Shown piece after piece: positions 33,952 through 44,472 of a stretch of 64,000 nucleotides of DNA. The stretch covers positions 36,507 through 100,506 of the forward strand of contig NZ_CBDDIG010000003.1 of NCBI RefSeq assembly GCF_965228755.1. The letters run 5' to 3'. Below the pieces are notes generated by a model. That model was not told the DNA's origin. It worked only from the letters and a program-made list of their open reading frames with translations, and made no database searches. Every line of letters begins with the position of its first letter. The stretch's first letter is position 1. The DNA is from Roseovarius sp. (GTDB lineage: Bacteria > Pseudomonadota > Alphaproteobacteria > Rhodobacterales > Rhodobacteraceae). A program made the position numbers and the translations under genes.

Positions 33952-35661
33952 TCAGCTTCCGCTGGTCTCGGTGCCCTCGACCTTCTCGTCGCCCGGGTCG
34001 ATCCTGGCCGAGGCCGCATCGCCCACGTTGTCGACGCCGCGCTCTTCCAGCAGCGTGGTCAGCCAGTCGGGGTCCATCTCGGGAACCGAGCTGAGCAGCA
34101 GGTCGGTATAGGGGTGGTGCGGGGGCGTGAACATCTCGTCCTTGGGCCCCTGCTCGACCACCTTGCCGTGCTGCATAACCACCACCTCGTCGGCGATCGA
34201 CCGCACGGTGGCAAGGTCATGGGTGATGAACATGTAGGCCAGGTTCAGCTCGTTCTGCAGCCGGTCGAGCAGCTTCAGGATGCCCTCCGCCACAAGCTGG
34301 TCGAGCGCCGATGTCACCTCGTCGCAGATGATGAAGGTGGGCTCGGCCGCCAGCGCCCGGGCGATGCCGATCCGCTGTTTCTGCCCGCCCGACAGCTCTG
34401 GCGGGAAGCGGTTGTAGAACTTCGACGGTTCCAGCTCGATCAGGTCGAGCAACTCGTCCACCCGGTTCTTGAGCGCCGCGCCGGTCAGGCCGGAATAGAA
34501 CTGCGCTGGCCGGCCGATGATCTCGGAGATCCGCACCTTCGGGTTCAGCGCCGTGTCGGCCATCTGGTAGATCATCTGGCACTGGCGCAACTGGTCGCGG
34601 CTGCGGTCCTTGTAGGAGGGCGGGAAAGGCTCTCCCTTGAACAGCACCTGCCCCTTGGACGGGGGCAGCAGCCCGGTGATCACCCGCGCCGTGGTGGACT
34701 TGCCCGAACCGGATTCGCCCACGACCGCCACGGTCATGCCCTCGTGGATGTCGAAGGACACGTCATCCAGCACCTTCGCCCCGCCGGTATAGGAGGCGTC
34801 GACGTTCTGCACCGAGATGAGCGGCGTGGCGTCCTTGGGCCGGTGCTTCTGATCCCGCTTGAAGCTGCGGACCGCCCAGAGCGACTTGGTATAGTCCTCC
34901 TTCGGGCTTTCCAGCATCTCCTTGGTGGGCGCCTCCTCGACCTCCTCGCCCTTCAGCAGCACCTTGATCGTGTCGGCCATCTGCGCCACGACCGCCAGGT
35001 CGTGGGTGATGTAGATCGCGGCGGTGTTGAACTGATCGACGATGTCGCGGATGGCCGCCAGCACCTCGATCTGGGTGGTCACGTCAAGCGCGGTGGTCGG
35101 CTCGTCGAAGATGATCAGGTCGGGCCGGCAGGACATGGCCATCGCCGTCATCGCCCGCTGAAGCTGCCCGCCCGACACCTGGTGCGGATAGCGGAAGCCG
35201 ATCTCCTCGGGGTTGGGAAGGCGCAGGCGGCGGTAAAGCTCCACCGCGTCCTCCTGCGCCTCCATCCGTTTCTTGATGCGGTATTGCACCGGCGCCTCGG
35301 TGTGCTGGTCGATCAGCTTGTGCGCCGGGTTGAACGAGGCCGCCGCCGATTGTGCCACGTAGGCGATCCGCGAGCCCCGTAGGGCGCGCCTCTCGCTTTC
35401 GCTGGCGGTCGTCAGCTCCATCCCGTCGAACTCGATCGAGCCGTCCGAGATGCGCGTGCCGTCGCGGGCATAGCCCATGGCGGCGGCGCCGATGGTGGAT
35501 TTGCCGGCACCGGATTCCCCGATCAGGCCCATCACCTCGCCACGGTGGAGGGTCAGGTCGACCCCCTTGATGATGTCGATCCACTGCTCGTCGCTGTAGC
35601 CCTGGATCTTCAGGTTCTTCACCTTGAGCAGGACATCGCTGTCCTTGAACTTGGTCGCCAT
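33952..35661 (-). CDS. peptide/nickel-type ABC transporter ATP-binding protein (two fused NBDs)
   Basis: GESGAGKS and GESGSGKS Walker A; VSGGQLQR and LSGGQKQR signatures. Confidence 0.95.
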   Translation of the reverse strand: MATKFKDSDVLLKVKNLKIQGYSDEQWIDIIKGVDLTLHRGEVMGLIGESGAGKSTIGAAAMGYARDGTRISDGSIEFDGMELTTASESERRALRGSRIAYVAQSAAASFNPAHKLIDQHTEAPVQYRIKKRMEAQEDAVELYRRLRLPNPEEIGFRYPHQVSGGQLQRAMTAMAMSCRPDLIIFDEPTTALDVTTQIEVLAAIRDIVDQFNTAAIYITHDLAVVAQMADTIKVLLKGEEVEEAPTKEMLESPKEDYTKSLWAVRSFKRDQKHRPKDATPLISVQNVDASYTGGAKVLDDVSFDIHEGMTVAVVGESGSGKSTTARVITGLLPPSKGQVLFKGEPFPPSYKDRSRDQLRQCQMIYQMADTALNPKVRISEIIGRPAQFYSGLTGAALKNRVDELLDLIELEPSKFYNRFPPELSGGQKQRIGIARALAAEPTFIICDEVTSALDQLVAEGILKLLDRLQNELNLAYMFITHDLATVRSIADEVVVMQHGKVVEQGPKDEMFTPPHHPYTDLLLSSVPEMDPDWLTTLLEERGVDNVGDAASARIDPGDEKVEGTETSGS

Positions 35662-35663
35662 TT

Positions 35664-36728
35664 TTATTTCTCCTTCAGGCCAGAGGACCGGAACAGCATC
35701 CAGTCGACCACGAAGTTCACCCCGACCGTCAGCAGCGCGATGGCGGCCGCGGGTATCAGCGGGGTGATGTCTCCGAACGAGATCAGGGTCGCGTTCTCAC
35801 GCACCATCGAGCCCCAGTCCGCCGTGGGCGGCTGAATACCGAGCCCGAGGAACGACAGACCCGCCACCAGCAGGAACACGAAGCAGAATTCCAGACCGAA
35901 CTCGGCCACCAGGGGGGCGGTCGAGTTGGGCAGGATTTCCCGGCGGATGAGGTACCACATGCCCTCGCCGCGCAGCTGCGCGGCCTCGATATAGTCCATC
36001 ACCACGACGTTGCCCGCCACCGCCCGTGTCAGGCGGAAGACGCGCGGCGCGTAGATGATGGCCACGGCGATGATGATCACGATGATCTGCGGCCCGAAGA
36101 TCGACAGCATCAGCAGCGCGAAGATCAGTGACGGGATCGACATGATCACGTCGGCCAGCCGGCCCATGAACTGGTCGAACCAGCCGCCCTTGGTGGCCGC
36201 CAGAAGCCCGGCCAGCGCCCCGAAGAAGAACGCCGCCAGCGTCGCCGACAGGGCCAGCCCCACCGAGTTGCGCGTGCCATAGACGATCCGGCTGAACATG
36301 TCGCGGCCCAGCTGGTCGGCGCCGAGCAGCATGTTCGAATCCGCCGGCGCAAAGGCCGAGGCGATCACCTGTGCCTCACCATAGGGCGCGATCAACGGGG
36401 CGAAGATGCCCATGATCGCGTAGGTGAAGATGACGAACATCCCGAAGGCCGCCGTCAGCGGCGCGGTCCGCAGTTCCTTGGCCATCTCGTCCGAGACCAG
36501 CGCGATCAGGAACTCGCGGAACGCGTAGGAGACCATCGCCGCCAGCGCCAGAACGCCCGCGCAGATCGCGACTGCCCGAAGCGCGCCCGTGCCGCCGATG
36601 ATGCCCAGAACGAAGGACACCAGCGTCAGCGAGAACAGCAGCAGGAACGCCGATCTCTTGTTGAAGTAAGCTGCAAGGCAGGAACCGCCCAGAAGCAGCG
36701 TGTAATATCCGATTACAAACCAGCTCAT
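35664..36728 (-). CDS. ABC permease (DppC-like) with extra N-terminal TM segments
   Basis: LLGADQLGRDMFSR, EAA-like YIEAAQLRG, PPTADWG. Confidence 0.92.
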   Translation of the reverse strand: MSWFVIGYYTLLLGGSCLAAYFNKRSAFLLLFSLTLVSFVLGIIGGTGALRAVAICAGVLALAAMVSYAFREFLIALVSDEMAKELRTAPLTAAFGMFVIFTYAIMGIFAPLIAPYGEAQVIASAFAPADSNMLLGADQLGRDMFSRIVYGTRNSVGLALSATLAAFFFGALAGLLAATKGGWFDQFMGRLADVIMSIPSLIFALLMLSIFGPQIIVIIIAVAIIYAPRVFRLTRAVAGNVVVMDYIEAAQLRGEGMWYLIRREILPNSTAPLVAEFGLEFCFVFLLVAGLSFLGLGIQPPTADWGSMVRENATLISFGDITPLIPAAAIALLTVGVNFVVDWMLFRSSGLKEK

Positions 36729-36740
36729 GTGACTGCCTCC

Positions 36741-37697
36741 TTACTTCGGATGCCGCAGACGCGGGTTGGTGAGAATGGCGCCAACATCGGCTGCGAGATT
36801 GAGCAGGATGAAGGTCGCCGCGAAGATCAGGCAGCAGGCCTGGACAACCGGGAAGTCACGCTTCGACACCGCGTCGACAAGCGCCTGCCCGATGCCGGGA
36901 TAGACATAGACCACCTCGACCAGGACCACGCCGGTAATCAGGTAGGCGAGGTTCAGCGCGACCACGTTGATGATCGGCGCCCAGGCGTTCGGCAGGGCGT
37001 GCTTGACGATCACCCGCCACGGCGGCGCGCCCTTGAGGCGGGCCATCTCGATATAGGGCGAGGCCAGCAGGTTGATGATCGCCGCCCGCGTCATCCGCAT
37101 CATGTGCGCCATCACCACCAGCACCAGCGTCAGCGCCGGCAGGAACGTGCGCTCGAGAAGCTGGAGGAAGGACATCCCCTCGCTCAGGCTCGAGATCGCC
37201 GGGAACATGCCCCATTTGACCGCGAAGTAGAGGATCAGGATGTAGCCGAGGAAGAATTCCGGCGACGAGATGAACGACAGCGACACCACGTTGGCGACCC
37301 GGTCGAAGATCGAGTTGCGCAGCAGCGCCACGATCACGCCGAGGACGATCGAGACCGGCACCGCGATGACCGCGGCATAGGCCGCAAGGAAGAGCGTGTT
37401 CATGAACCGGTCGCTGATCGTGCGGGCGACGGATTCGCCGGTGACGATCGAGTTGCCGAAGTCGAACATGACGGCCCCGCTGAGCCAGTCGAGATACCGG
37501 ATGATCGCCGGCTGATCGAGGCCCATCTCCCGGCGCAGGGCGCGCAGGTTCTCTTCCGTGGCCCCCTGGCCGAGCACCGCCTGGGCGATGTCGCCCGGCA
37601 GCAGTTCGACCATGAAGAAAATGATGACCGAGATGACCAGTAGAATGATCAGCCCGAGCCCGAGCCGTCTTCCAACGAGCCCAAGTATGTCTCCCAT
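36741..37697 (-). CDS. ABC permease (DppB-like)
   Basis: ELLPGD, YIEMARLKG, KHALPNA, RDFPVVQ. Confidence 0.93.
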   Translation of the reverse strand: MGDILGLVGRRLGLGLIILLVISVIIFFMVELLPGDIAQAVLGQGATEENLRALRREMGLDQPAIIRYLDWLSGAVMFDFGNSIVTGESVARTISDRFMNTLFLAAYAAVIAVPVSIVLGVIVALLRNSIFDRVANVVSLSFISSPEFFLGYILILYFAVKWGMFPAISSLSEGMSFLQLLERTFLPALTLVLVVMAHMMRMTRAAIINLLASPYIEMARLKGAPPWRVIVKHALPNAWAPIINVVALNLAYLITGVVLVEVVYVYPGIGQALVDAVSKRDFPVVQACCLIFAATFILLNLAADVGAILTNPRLRHPK

Positions 37698-37858
37698 CTG
37701 TCCCTCCTGCTGTTGCCCCTTGGTCCCGCGCTCATGGCTGTTCCGGTGACCGGGTATACAGATATTTTTAGCCTTGGCGGGCTGGGTATGACTGTCTGGA
37801 TGACCCGCCTAGGCGATGGGTCCGGGCCGGGGCGTCGCGCCGTGGGCCGGACGGTGAA

Positions 37859-37882
37859 GCCCCGGCGCCTTCGCGCCGGGGC
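37859..37882. other. GC-rich stem-loop 3' of SBP 1
   Basis: GCCCCGGCGC-cttc-GCGCCGGGGC, no U-tract. Confidence 0.6.
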
Positions 37883-37895
37883 CGGTCGTGTCGTG

Positions 37896-39506
37896 TCAGC
37901 CCTCGAACCACCAGCGGCTGCAGGCGCGGGCGCCGTCCATCTGCCAGCTCGCGGCCAGTTCCGGCCCGTGCTTGACGTTCTTGCGGCGGGCATAGACGAA
38001 ATCCGGGAAGAACGGGATGACGGTGCCGCCATCGTCCTTCGCGAGGATCGCCATCTCGCGGTACATCTCGGCGCGCTTGGCGTCGTCGATCTCCGACTTG
38101 GCCATCCGCAGCAGTTCGTTGAACCGCTCGTTCTGCCAATGGCTTTCGTTCCACGCCGCATCGTCCTTGTAGGCCAGCGAATACATCACGTCCGGCGTCG
38201 GACGCGCGCCCCACTGCACACAGCACCACGGCTTCTTGAGCCAGACGTCGGAATAGTACCCGTCGTTCGGCTCGCGCTTGACCTTGATATTGATGCCGGC
38301 GGCCTTGGCGTGTTCGGCATAGAGCACGCACATGTCGACCGAACCCGAGAAGACCGAGTCGGCGACGCTGATCTCGACGGTGAGGTCTTCCATCCCCGCC
38401 TTCTTCAGCAGCGACTTGGCCTGGTCGGGGTCATACGGGCGTTGCTCGATATCCTCGGGCCAGTAGGGCATGGCCGGCGAATGGTGGAAATCGTTGCCCA
38501 TGGTCGCCGTGCCGAAGACGATCTTGTCGATGATGTCCTGCCGGTCGATCGACAGTTTAAGCGCGTTGCGCACGTCGACATTGTCGAACGGCGCCTGGTC
38601 GCAGAACATCGGCATGGTGATCGCCGCGGCCGAGGCGACCTGGTCGATCTCGATATTCGGGTCGCGCTGCAGCAGGGCGAGCGTCTTCAGCTCGATCTGC
38701 GTGACCGCGTCGACATCGCCGGTGACCAGCGCGGTCTGGCGCGCGTTGGGGTCGTTCAGCACGGTGACGGTGACGCTGTCGAAATAGGCGCCCTCGAGGT
38801 GCCAGTCCTCGTGCCGCTCGAACTCGTAGCTGACACCGAACTCGGCATTGGTCAGCTTGTACGGGCCACAGCCGTCGCCCGATTTCCAGTCGATCGAGCC
38901 ATCCTCGTTCGCCGGGCAGATCGCCAGGTGATAGTCGGTCATCAGCCAAGGCAGGTCGGCGTTGCCCGAGGCCAGCTTGAACGTGATCGAGCCGTCGCCG
39001 TTGTCGACGATATCGTCGACATCGGTCAGCAGCGCGGTCGCCGCCGAGGTGCTGTCCTCGCCGCGGTGGTGGTTCATCGACGCGATCACGTCGTTCGGCG
39101 TGACCTTGGCCCCGCTGTGGAAGGTGGCGTCCTGGTTCAGCTTGAAGGTCCATTCCTTCGCGTCCTCGGTGGCCGACCAGTCCGTCGCCACGTCCGGCCC
39201 GAGCGAGCCGTCGGGCTCGATCAGGGTCAGGTAGCTGCGGAAGGTATGCGCCACCTGGATCATCGAGAACGACAGGTAAGTGCCCGGATCATGCGTGTCG
39301 GAGGTGTTGCCGTCATGCGCGCCGAGGCGGAAATGGCCGCCCTTCTGCGGTTCGGCCTTGGCAGAGGAGGTCCAGAGACCGGTGGCGGCCGAAGCGGTCA
39401 TCCCCGCGGCCAGCGAATAATTCATGAACGAGCGGCGCGAGATCTTGCCTTCGCGGGCGGCATCCGCCAGCCGGTCGATCATCATCTGATCGTGTTTCTT
39501 GGTCAT
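37896..39506 (-). CDS. family 5 ABC substrate-binding protein, Tat-exported (copy 1, 536 aa)
   Basis: ISRRSFM Tat motif, GCGPYKL, DVRNALKLSIDR; GGGAG SD. Confidence 0.92.
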   Translation of the reverse strand: MTKKHDQMMIDRLADAAREGKISRRSFMNYSLAAGMTASAATGLWTSSAKAEPQKGGHFRLGAHDGNTSDTHDPGTYLSFSMIQVAHTFRSYLTLIEPDGSLGPDVATDWSATEDAKEWTFKLNQDATFHSGAKVTPNDVIASMNHHRGEDSTSAATALLTDVDDIVDNGDGSITFKLASGNADLPWLMTDYHLAICPANEDGSIDWKSGDGCGPYKLTNAEFGVSYEFERHEDWHLEGAYFDSVTVTVLNDPNARQTALVTGDVDAVTQIELKTLALLQRDPNIEIDQVASAAAITMPMFCDQAPFDNVDVRNALKLSIDRQDIIDKIVFGTATMGNDFHHSPAMPYWPEDIEQRPYDPDQAKSLLKKAGMEDLTVEISVADSVFSGSVDMCVLYAEHAKAAGINIKVKREPNDGYYSDVWLKKPWCCVQWGARPTPDVMYSLAYKDDAAWNESHWQNERFNELLRMAKSEIDDAKRAEMYREMAILAKDDGGTVIPFFPDFVYARRKNVKHGPELAASWQMDGARACSRWWFEG

Positions 39507-39715
39507 ATCTTCTCCCTGGTATGTCGTCTTGTTGGACTTGTTCCCGGTCGCTGCCGGGCAATTCTTGGTGTTTCTGGTCCGGTTCCTTCCCCCCGTGCCC
39601 AATGGGCATGTCATTCAGAGGCCGTACGAAGACCGGATTCTTCGATTGTGGTGTGATGTCGGTCCTGGTCCCCTTTTCTTCTTCGTCTTGGGCCGCCGGG
39701 GCGGCCGAATGGCAA

Positions 39716-39740
39716 GGCCCGGCGCACATGGCGCCGGGCC
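39716..39740. other. GC-rich stem-loop 3' of SBP 2
   Basis: GGCCCGGCGC-acatg-GCGCCGGGCC. Confidence 0.6.
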
Positions 39741-39749
39741 CTTTCTGGA

Positions 39750-41360
39750 TCAGTCTTCGAACCACCAGCGGCTTGGGCCGCGGGCGCCGTCAAGCTCCCA
39801 GCTGGCGGCGAGGTTCTCGCCCCGCTTCACGTTGGCCCGGCGCGCGTAGACGAAGTTGTTGAACATCGGGATGATCGTCCCGCCGTCGTCCTTCGCGAGG
39901 ATGGCCATGTCGTGGTACATCTCGGCACGCAGGCTGTCGTCGAGCTCCGACTTGGCTTTCAGCAGAAGGTCGTTGAACTCCTCGTTCTGCCAGCGGCTCT
40001 CGTTCCAGTCGGCGTCGGCCTTGTAGGCCAGCGTGTACATCACGTCGGGCGTGGGGCGCGCGCCCCAGGACACCGCGCAGAACGGTTTCTTCAGCCAGAC
40101 GTCGGAATAGTAGCCGTCGTTCGGCTCGCGTACGACCTTGACGGTGATGCCCGCCTGCTTGGCCTGTTCGGCGTACAGAACGCACAGGTCCACCGCGCCC
40201 GAGAACAGGCTGTCGGCGGTCGAGATGCTGACCGTGAGGTCCTCGGCGCCGGCCTTCTTCAGAAGCGACTTGGCCTGGTCCGGGTCGTATTCCCGCTGTT
40301 CGATATCCTCGGGCCAGTAGGGCTGGGCCGGGGAATGGTGGAAGTCGTTGCCGATCGTGGCCGCGCCGAAGGCGATCTTCTCGATGATCTCGTTGCGGTC
40401 GATCGACAGTTTCAGCGCGTTGCGCACGTTGACATCGTCGAACGGCGCCGTGTCGCAGAACATCGGCATGGTGATCGCGGCCGCCGAGGGCACGTTCTCG
40501 ATCTCGATGTTCGGGTCGCGCTCCAGCAGCGCCGAGGTCTTGATGTCGATCAGCGACACCGCGTCGACATCGCCGGTCACCAGCGCGGTCTGGCGGGCGT
40601 TCGGGTCGTTCAGCACCAGCATCTCGACCTTGTCGAAATAGGCGCCTTCGAGGTGCCAGCCGTCATGCCGGCTCAGCTTCCAGCTGACGCCCCATTCGCC
40701 CTGGTCGATCTTGTAGGGGCCCGAGCCGTCGCCCGACTGCCAGTCGATGCTGCCATCCTCGTTGCCGGGGCAGATGGCGAGGTGATAGTCGGTCATCAGC
40801 CAGGGCAGGTCGGCGATGCCGCTTTCCAGCGAGACGACGACGGTGTGATCGCCATCCGTCGTGACATCGGTCACCGACGTCAGCAGGGATTTCGCCGCCG
40901 AGGTGCTTTCCTCGCCGCGGTGGTGGTTGAGCGAGGCGACAACGTCCGAGGCCATCACCGGCCGGCCGCTGTGGAACGAGGCATCGGGGTTGATCTCGAA
41001 GGTCCAGACCGACGCGTCCTCGTTCGCCGACCAGTCGCTGGCAAGGTCCGGGCCGAGAGAGCCATCGGGCTCGATCAGGGTCAGGTAGCTGCGATACTGG
41101 TGCGCGAGGTAGATCTGCTGCCGCGACACGTACTGGCCGGGGTCGTGGGTGTCCGAGGAGTTGCCGTCATGCATCCCGACGCGGAAGGTGCCGCCCTGCT
41201 TGGGCTGGGCGTTCGCCTTGGTGGTCCAGAGCCCCGTGGCGGCCGAGGCGGACATGCCGGCGGCCAGCGAATAGTTCATGAAGGACCGGCGCGAAATCTT
41301 CCCCTCGCGGGCGGCTTCGGCGAGCCGATCAATCAGGAATTGATCTGTTCTCTTGGTCAT
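39750..41360 (-). CDS. family 5 ABC substrate-binding protein, Tat-exported (copy 2, 536 aa)
   Basis: Paralog of copy 1 with the same length; ISRRSFM; GGGAG SD. Confidence 0.92.
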   Translation of the reverse strand: MTKRTDQFLIDRLAEAAREGKISRRSFMNYSLAAGMSASAATGLWTTKANAQPKQGGTFRVGMHDGNSSDTHDPGQYVSRQQIYLAHQYRSYLTLIEPDGSLGPDLASDWSANEDASVWTFEINPDASFHSGRPVMASDVVASLNHHRGEESTSAAKSLLTSVTDVTTDGDHTVVVSLESGIADLPWLMTDYHLAICPGNEDGSIDWQSGDGSGPYKIDQGEWGVSWKLSRHDGWHLEGAYFDKVEMLVLNDPNARQTALVTGDVDAVSLIDIKTSALLERDPNIEIENVPSAAAITMPMFCDTAPFDDVNVRNALKLSIDRNEIIEKIAFGAATIGNDFHHSPAQPYWPEDIEQREYDPDQAKSLLKKAGAEDLTVSISTADSLFSGAVDLCVLYAEQAKQAGITVKVVREPNDGYYSDVWLKKPFCAVSWGARPTPDVMYTLAYKADADWNESRWQNEEFNDLLLKAKSELDDSLRAEMYHDMAILAKDDGGTIIPMFNNFVYARRANVKRGENLAASWELDGARGPSRWWFED

Positions 41361-41669
41361 ATTGTCTCCCTGGAATTCTTCATAATGTCGGACGGTCCGC
41401 GGGATTGCGGTATCACCGTCAAAGCTTCTCTCCCTTATCGGATTTCGGGCGGCTTGAATGCGACATATTGATAGCAAAACACGAAATCGGCGAGTCTTCC
41501 AGTGTGGAGTTTGCCTTTCCACGATTTTTTGAAGAAAGCCGCATGGATAGGGCCCGCTGTGAAAGCGGCTTACGTCGCGGTCGCGCCGCCCCTCCCGTCA
41601 CCGATCTGACGGGGCGGTCAGAAAACGACATTTCCTGACGCGGCGATTGCATCCGCCACCCGGGCCCGC

Positions 41670-42980
41670 TCACTCGTTGCGCTTGGTCCGAAGCTTGGCG
41701 AAATAATCCACGCGTTTCTTCAACTCCCGTTCGAACCCGCGCTCGACCGGCTGGTACAGCACCGGGCGCTTCATGCCCTCGGGGAAGTAATCCTGCCCGG
41801 AAAACCCGTCCTCGGCATCGTGGTCATAGGCATAGCCCTTGCCGTAACCCTGCTCCTTCATCAGCTTGGTGGGCGCGTTCAGGATATGCTTGGGCGGCGA
41901 CAGGCTGCCGGTCTTTTGGGCCTGTCTCCGCGCCTCCTTGTAGGCATTGTAGGCCGCGTTCGACTTGGGCGCCAGCGCCAGGTAGGTCAGCGCCTGCGCG
42001 ATGGCCAGCTCCCCCTCGGGGCTGCCGAGGCGCTCGTACACCTCCCAGGCGTGCAGGCAGTGGGTCTGCGCCTGCGGGTCGGCCAGGCCGATATCCTCCA
42101 CCGCCATCCGGGTGATGCGCCGGGCCAGGTAACGGGGGTCCTCGCCCCCTTCCAGCATCCGCGCGAACCAGTAGAGCGCGGCATCGGGGTCGGACCCGCG
42201 CACCGACTTGTGCAGCGCGGATATGAGGTTGTAATGCTCGTCGCCGCTCTTGTCATACTTCGCCGCCCGCCGCATCAGCCGCGAGGTCAGGCCCTTGACG
42301 TCGAGCTTGCCGTCGGTCTTCCACGCCGCCACCTGCTCGATCAGGTTCAGAAGCGCCCGCCCGTCGCCATCGGCCATCTCCAGCAGCGCCTCGCGCGCCG
42401 GGCCGTCGAGGGGCAGCGGCTTGCCGATTTCCGCCTCGGCCCGCTGCGTCAGCAGTTCCAGGTCGGCCAGCGACAGCCGTTCCAGCACGAAGACCTGCGC
42501 CCGGCTCAGCAACGCGGCGTTCAGCTCGAAGCTGGGGTTCTCGGTCGTGGCCCCCACGAGAAGGATGGTGCCATCCTCCATATGCGGCAGGAAACTGTCC
42601 TGCTGGGCCTTGTTGAACCGGTGGATCTCGTCGACGAACAGCAGCGTCCCCTGCCCGTTCGCGCGGCGGTGCTTGGCCTCGTCGAACACCCGCCGCAGGT
42701 CCGGCACGCCGGTGAAGATCGCGCTGATCTGCACGAAATGCAGGTCGGTCTCGTCCGCCAGGAGCCTTGCAATGGTGGTCTTTCCCACCCCCGGCGGCCC
42801 CCAGAACACCAGCGAGCCAAGGCTGTTCGAGGCCAGCATCACCCCCAGCGGCCCCTCCGGCCCCAGCATCTGCTGCTGGCCAATCACGTCCGACAGCTTG
42901 CGCGGACGCAGCCGGTCGGCCAGCGGGCGCGGTGCGGTGTCGGGCAGCGCCTCGGGCTGGGTATCGAACAGGTCGCTCAT
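41670..42980 (-). CDS. rarA: replication-associated recombination protein A (MgsA)
   Basis: PLADRLRP, GPPGVGKTT, DEIHRFNKAQQD, SALHKSVRGSDPDA. Confidence 0.96.
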   Translation of the reverse strand: MSDLFDTQPEALPDTAPRPLADRLRPRKLSDVIGQQQMLGPEGPLGVMLASNSLGSLVFWGPPGVGKTTIARLLADETDLHFVQISAIFTGVPDLRRVFDEAKHRRANGQGTLLFVDEIHRFNKAQQDSFLPHMEDGTILLVGATTENPSFELNAALLSRAQVFVLERLSLADLELLTQRAEAEIGKPLPLDGPAREALLEMADGDGRALLNLIEQVAAWKTDGKLDVKGLTSRLMRRAAKYDKSGDEHYNLISALHKSVRGSDPDAALYWFARMLEGGEDPRYLARRITRMAVEDIGLADPQAQTHCLHAWEVYERLGSPEGELAIAQALTYLALAPKSNAAYNAYKEARRQAQKTGSLSPPKHILNAPTKLMKEQGYGKGYAYDHDAEDGFSGQDYFPEGMKRPVLYQPVERGFERELKKRVDYFAKLRTKRNE

Positions 42981-42984
42981 CGGC

Positions 42985-44361
42985 TTACAACCGGAACCGC
43001 ATGGTCATGCGTTGGGTGCCGCGCTGCACGTCGAGGAACAGGTGCCGCCGCGCCTCCTCCAGCGCGGCCTCGGCCTCGGTCGCGGTTTCGACCGTCACAT
43101 CATTGATCCCGCGCAGGATATCCCCCGCCCGAAGCCCGGCGCGCAGCCCGATCTGGCCGGGGTCGTCGACCACCACGCCCTGCGCCGACAGCGGCAGGCC
43201 GTACTCCCCGATCACCGCCGGGTTCACCGTCGACAGCACCATGCCGGGAATGGCCGCGTTCCGCCCCGTCGTCAGCTGCCCGCGCGGCGGCACGTCCGGC
43301 GCCGCGATCAGGCGCACCGTTGCCTCGCCCCGCTCGCCGTTGCGCACATGGGCGATCCGCGCCTCCGCGCCGATGCCGGTTACCGACATGCGAAAAATCA
43401 TCTCGGCCGGGGTGTTCACGGGGTGCCCCTCGACCGCGGTGATCACGTCCCCCGGCTGGTAGCCCGCCTCGAGGAAGCTGCTGGCCGGGTGAAGCTGCGA
43501 GATCACCACGCCGCCCGGCGCCGCCAGCCCCAGCCCCTCGGCCATGTCCGCCGTCACCGGCTGGCCATCCATCCCCGCCCACGGCCGCTCGAACACGCTC
43601 TTGCCGTCGCGCGCCTGTGCCACGAATTGCGACACCAGCCGCGAGGGGATGGCGAAGCCGATCCCGTTCGACCCGCCCGAGCGGCTGAGGATCGAGGTGT
43701 TGATGCCGATCAGGCTGCCATTCACGTCGACCAGCGCACCGCCCGAGTTGCCGGGGTTGATCGGCGCATCGGTCTGGATGAAATAGCCCCGCGCGTTGCC
43801 GGTCGCGGTGCCCGACCGCGCGAGCCCCGAGACGATCCCGCTGCTGACCGTCTGCCCCACCCCGAACGGGTTGCCCAGCGCCAGCACCAGCTCGCCCACC
43901 TGCACCGTATCGCTGTCCCGCAGGGTCAGCGCCGGCATGTCGCGGGCGTTCTCCATCTGCAGGATGGCAAGGTCGCTCTCCTCGTCGGCCAGAAGCACCT
44001 TGGCCGAAAACTCCCGCCGGTCGTTGAGCACGACGCGAATATCCGTGGCCTCCCCCACCACGTGGTAATTCGACACCACGATCCCGTCTTTCCCGAGGAT
44101 CACGCCCGAACCAAGGCTGTTCTGCACCCGCTGCCGCGGCGTGCCGAAATCGCGGAACAGGTCCTGGAAGAACGGGTCGCTGGAAAACGGGCTCTGCACG
44201 CTGACCACCCGGCGGGCATAGATGTTCACCACCGCCGGAGAGACCTTCTTCACCACCGGCACGAAACCGGTCTGGATCTCGACCTGGCTGGTCGGCACCT
44301 GCATCTCGGCCCGGGCGGACAGGCCGGCGAGGAGGAGACAGATGACCAGTATCCAACGCAT
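42985..44361 (-). CDS. DegP/HtrA-family periplasmic serine protease with PDZ domains
   Basis: Signal peptide; SLGSGV, SNYHVV, DLAIL, TDAPINPGNSGG. Confidence 0.94.
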   Translation of the reverse strand: MRWILVICLLLAGLSARAEMQVPTSQVEIQTGFVPVVKKVSPAVVNIYARRVVSVQSPFSSDPFFQDLFRDFGTPRQRVQNSLGSGVILGKDGIVVSNYHVVGEATDIRVVLNDRREFSAKVLLADEESDLAILQMENARDMPALTLRDSDTVQVGELVLALGNPFGVGQTVSSGIVSGLARSGTATGNARGYFIQTDAPINPGNSGGALVDVNGSLIGINTSILSRSGGSNGIGFAIPSRLVSQFVAQARDGKSVFERPWAGMDGQPVTADMAEGLGLAAPGGVVISQLHPASSFLEAGYQPGDVITAVEGHPVNTPAEMIFRMSVTGIGAEARIAHVRNGERGEATVRLIAAPDVPPRGQLTTGRNAAIPGMVLSTVNPAVIGEYGLPLSAQGVVVDDPGQIGLRAGLRAGDILRGINDVTVETATEAEAALEEARRHLFLDVQRGTQRMTMRFRL

Positions 44362-44472
44362 GTCCGCCCTCCGTTTTCTCGGCTGCCCCTCTGATATGCT
44401 GGGCCGGCGGGCGGATTGCAAGTTGTCATGAAGGTTGCCGGGCCCCGTTGCAGGGCCCGGCCCGGGCGGGGC

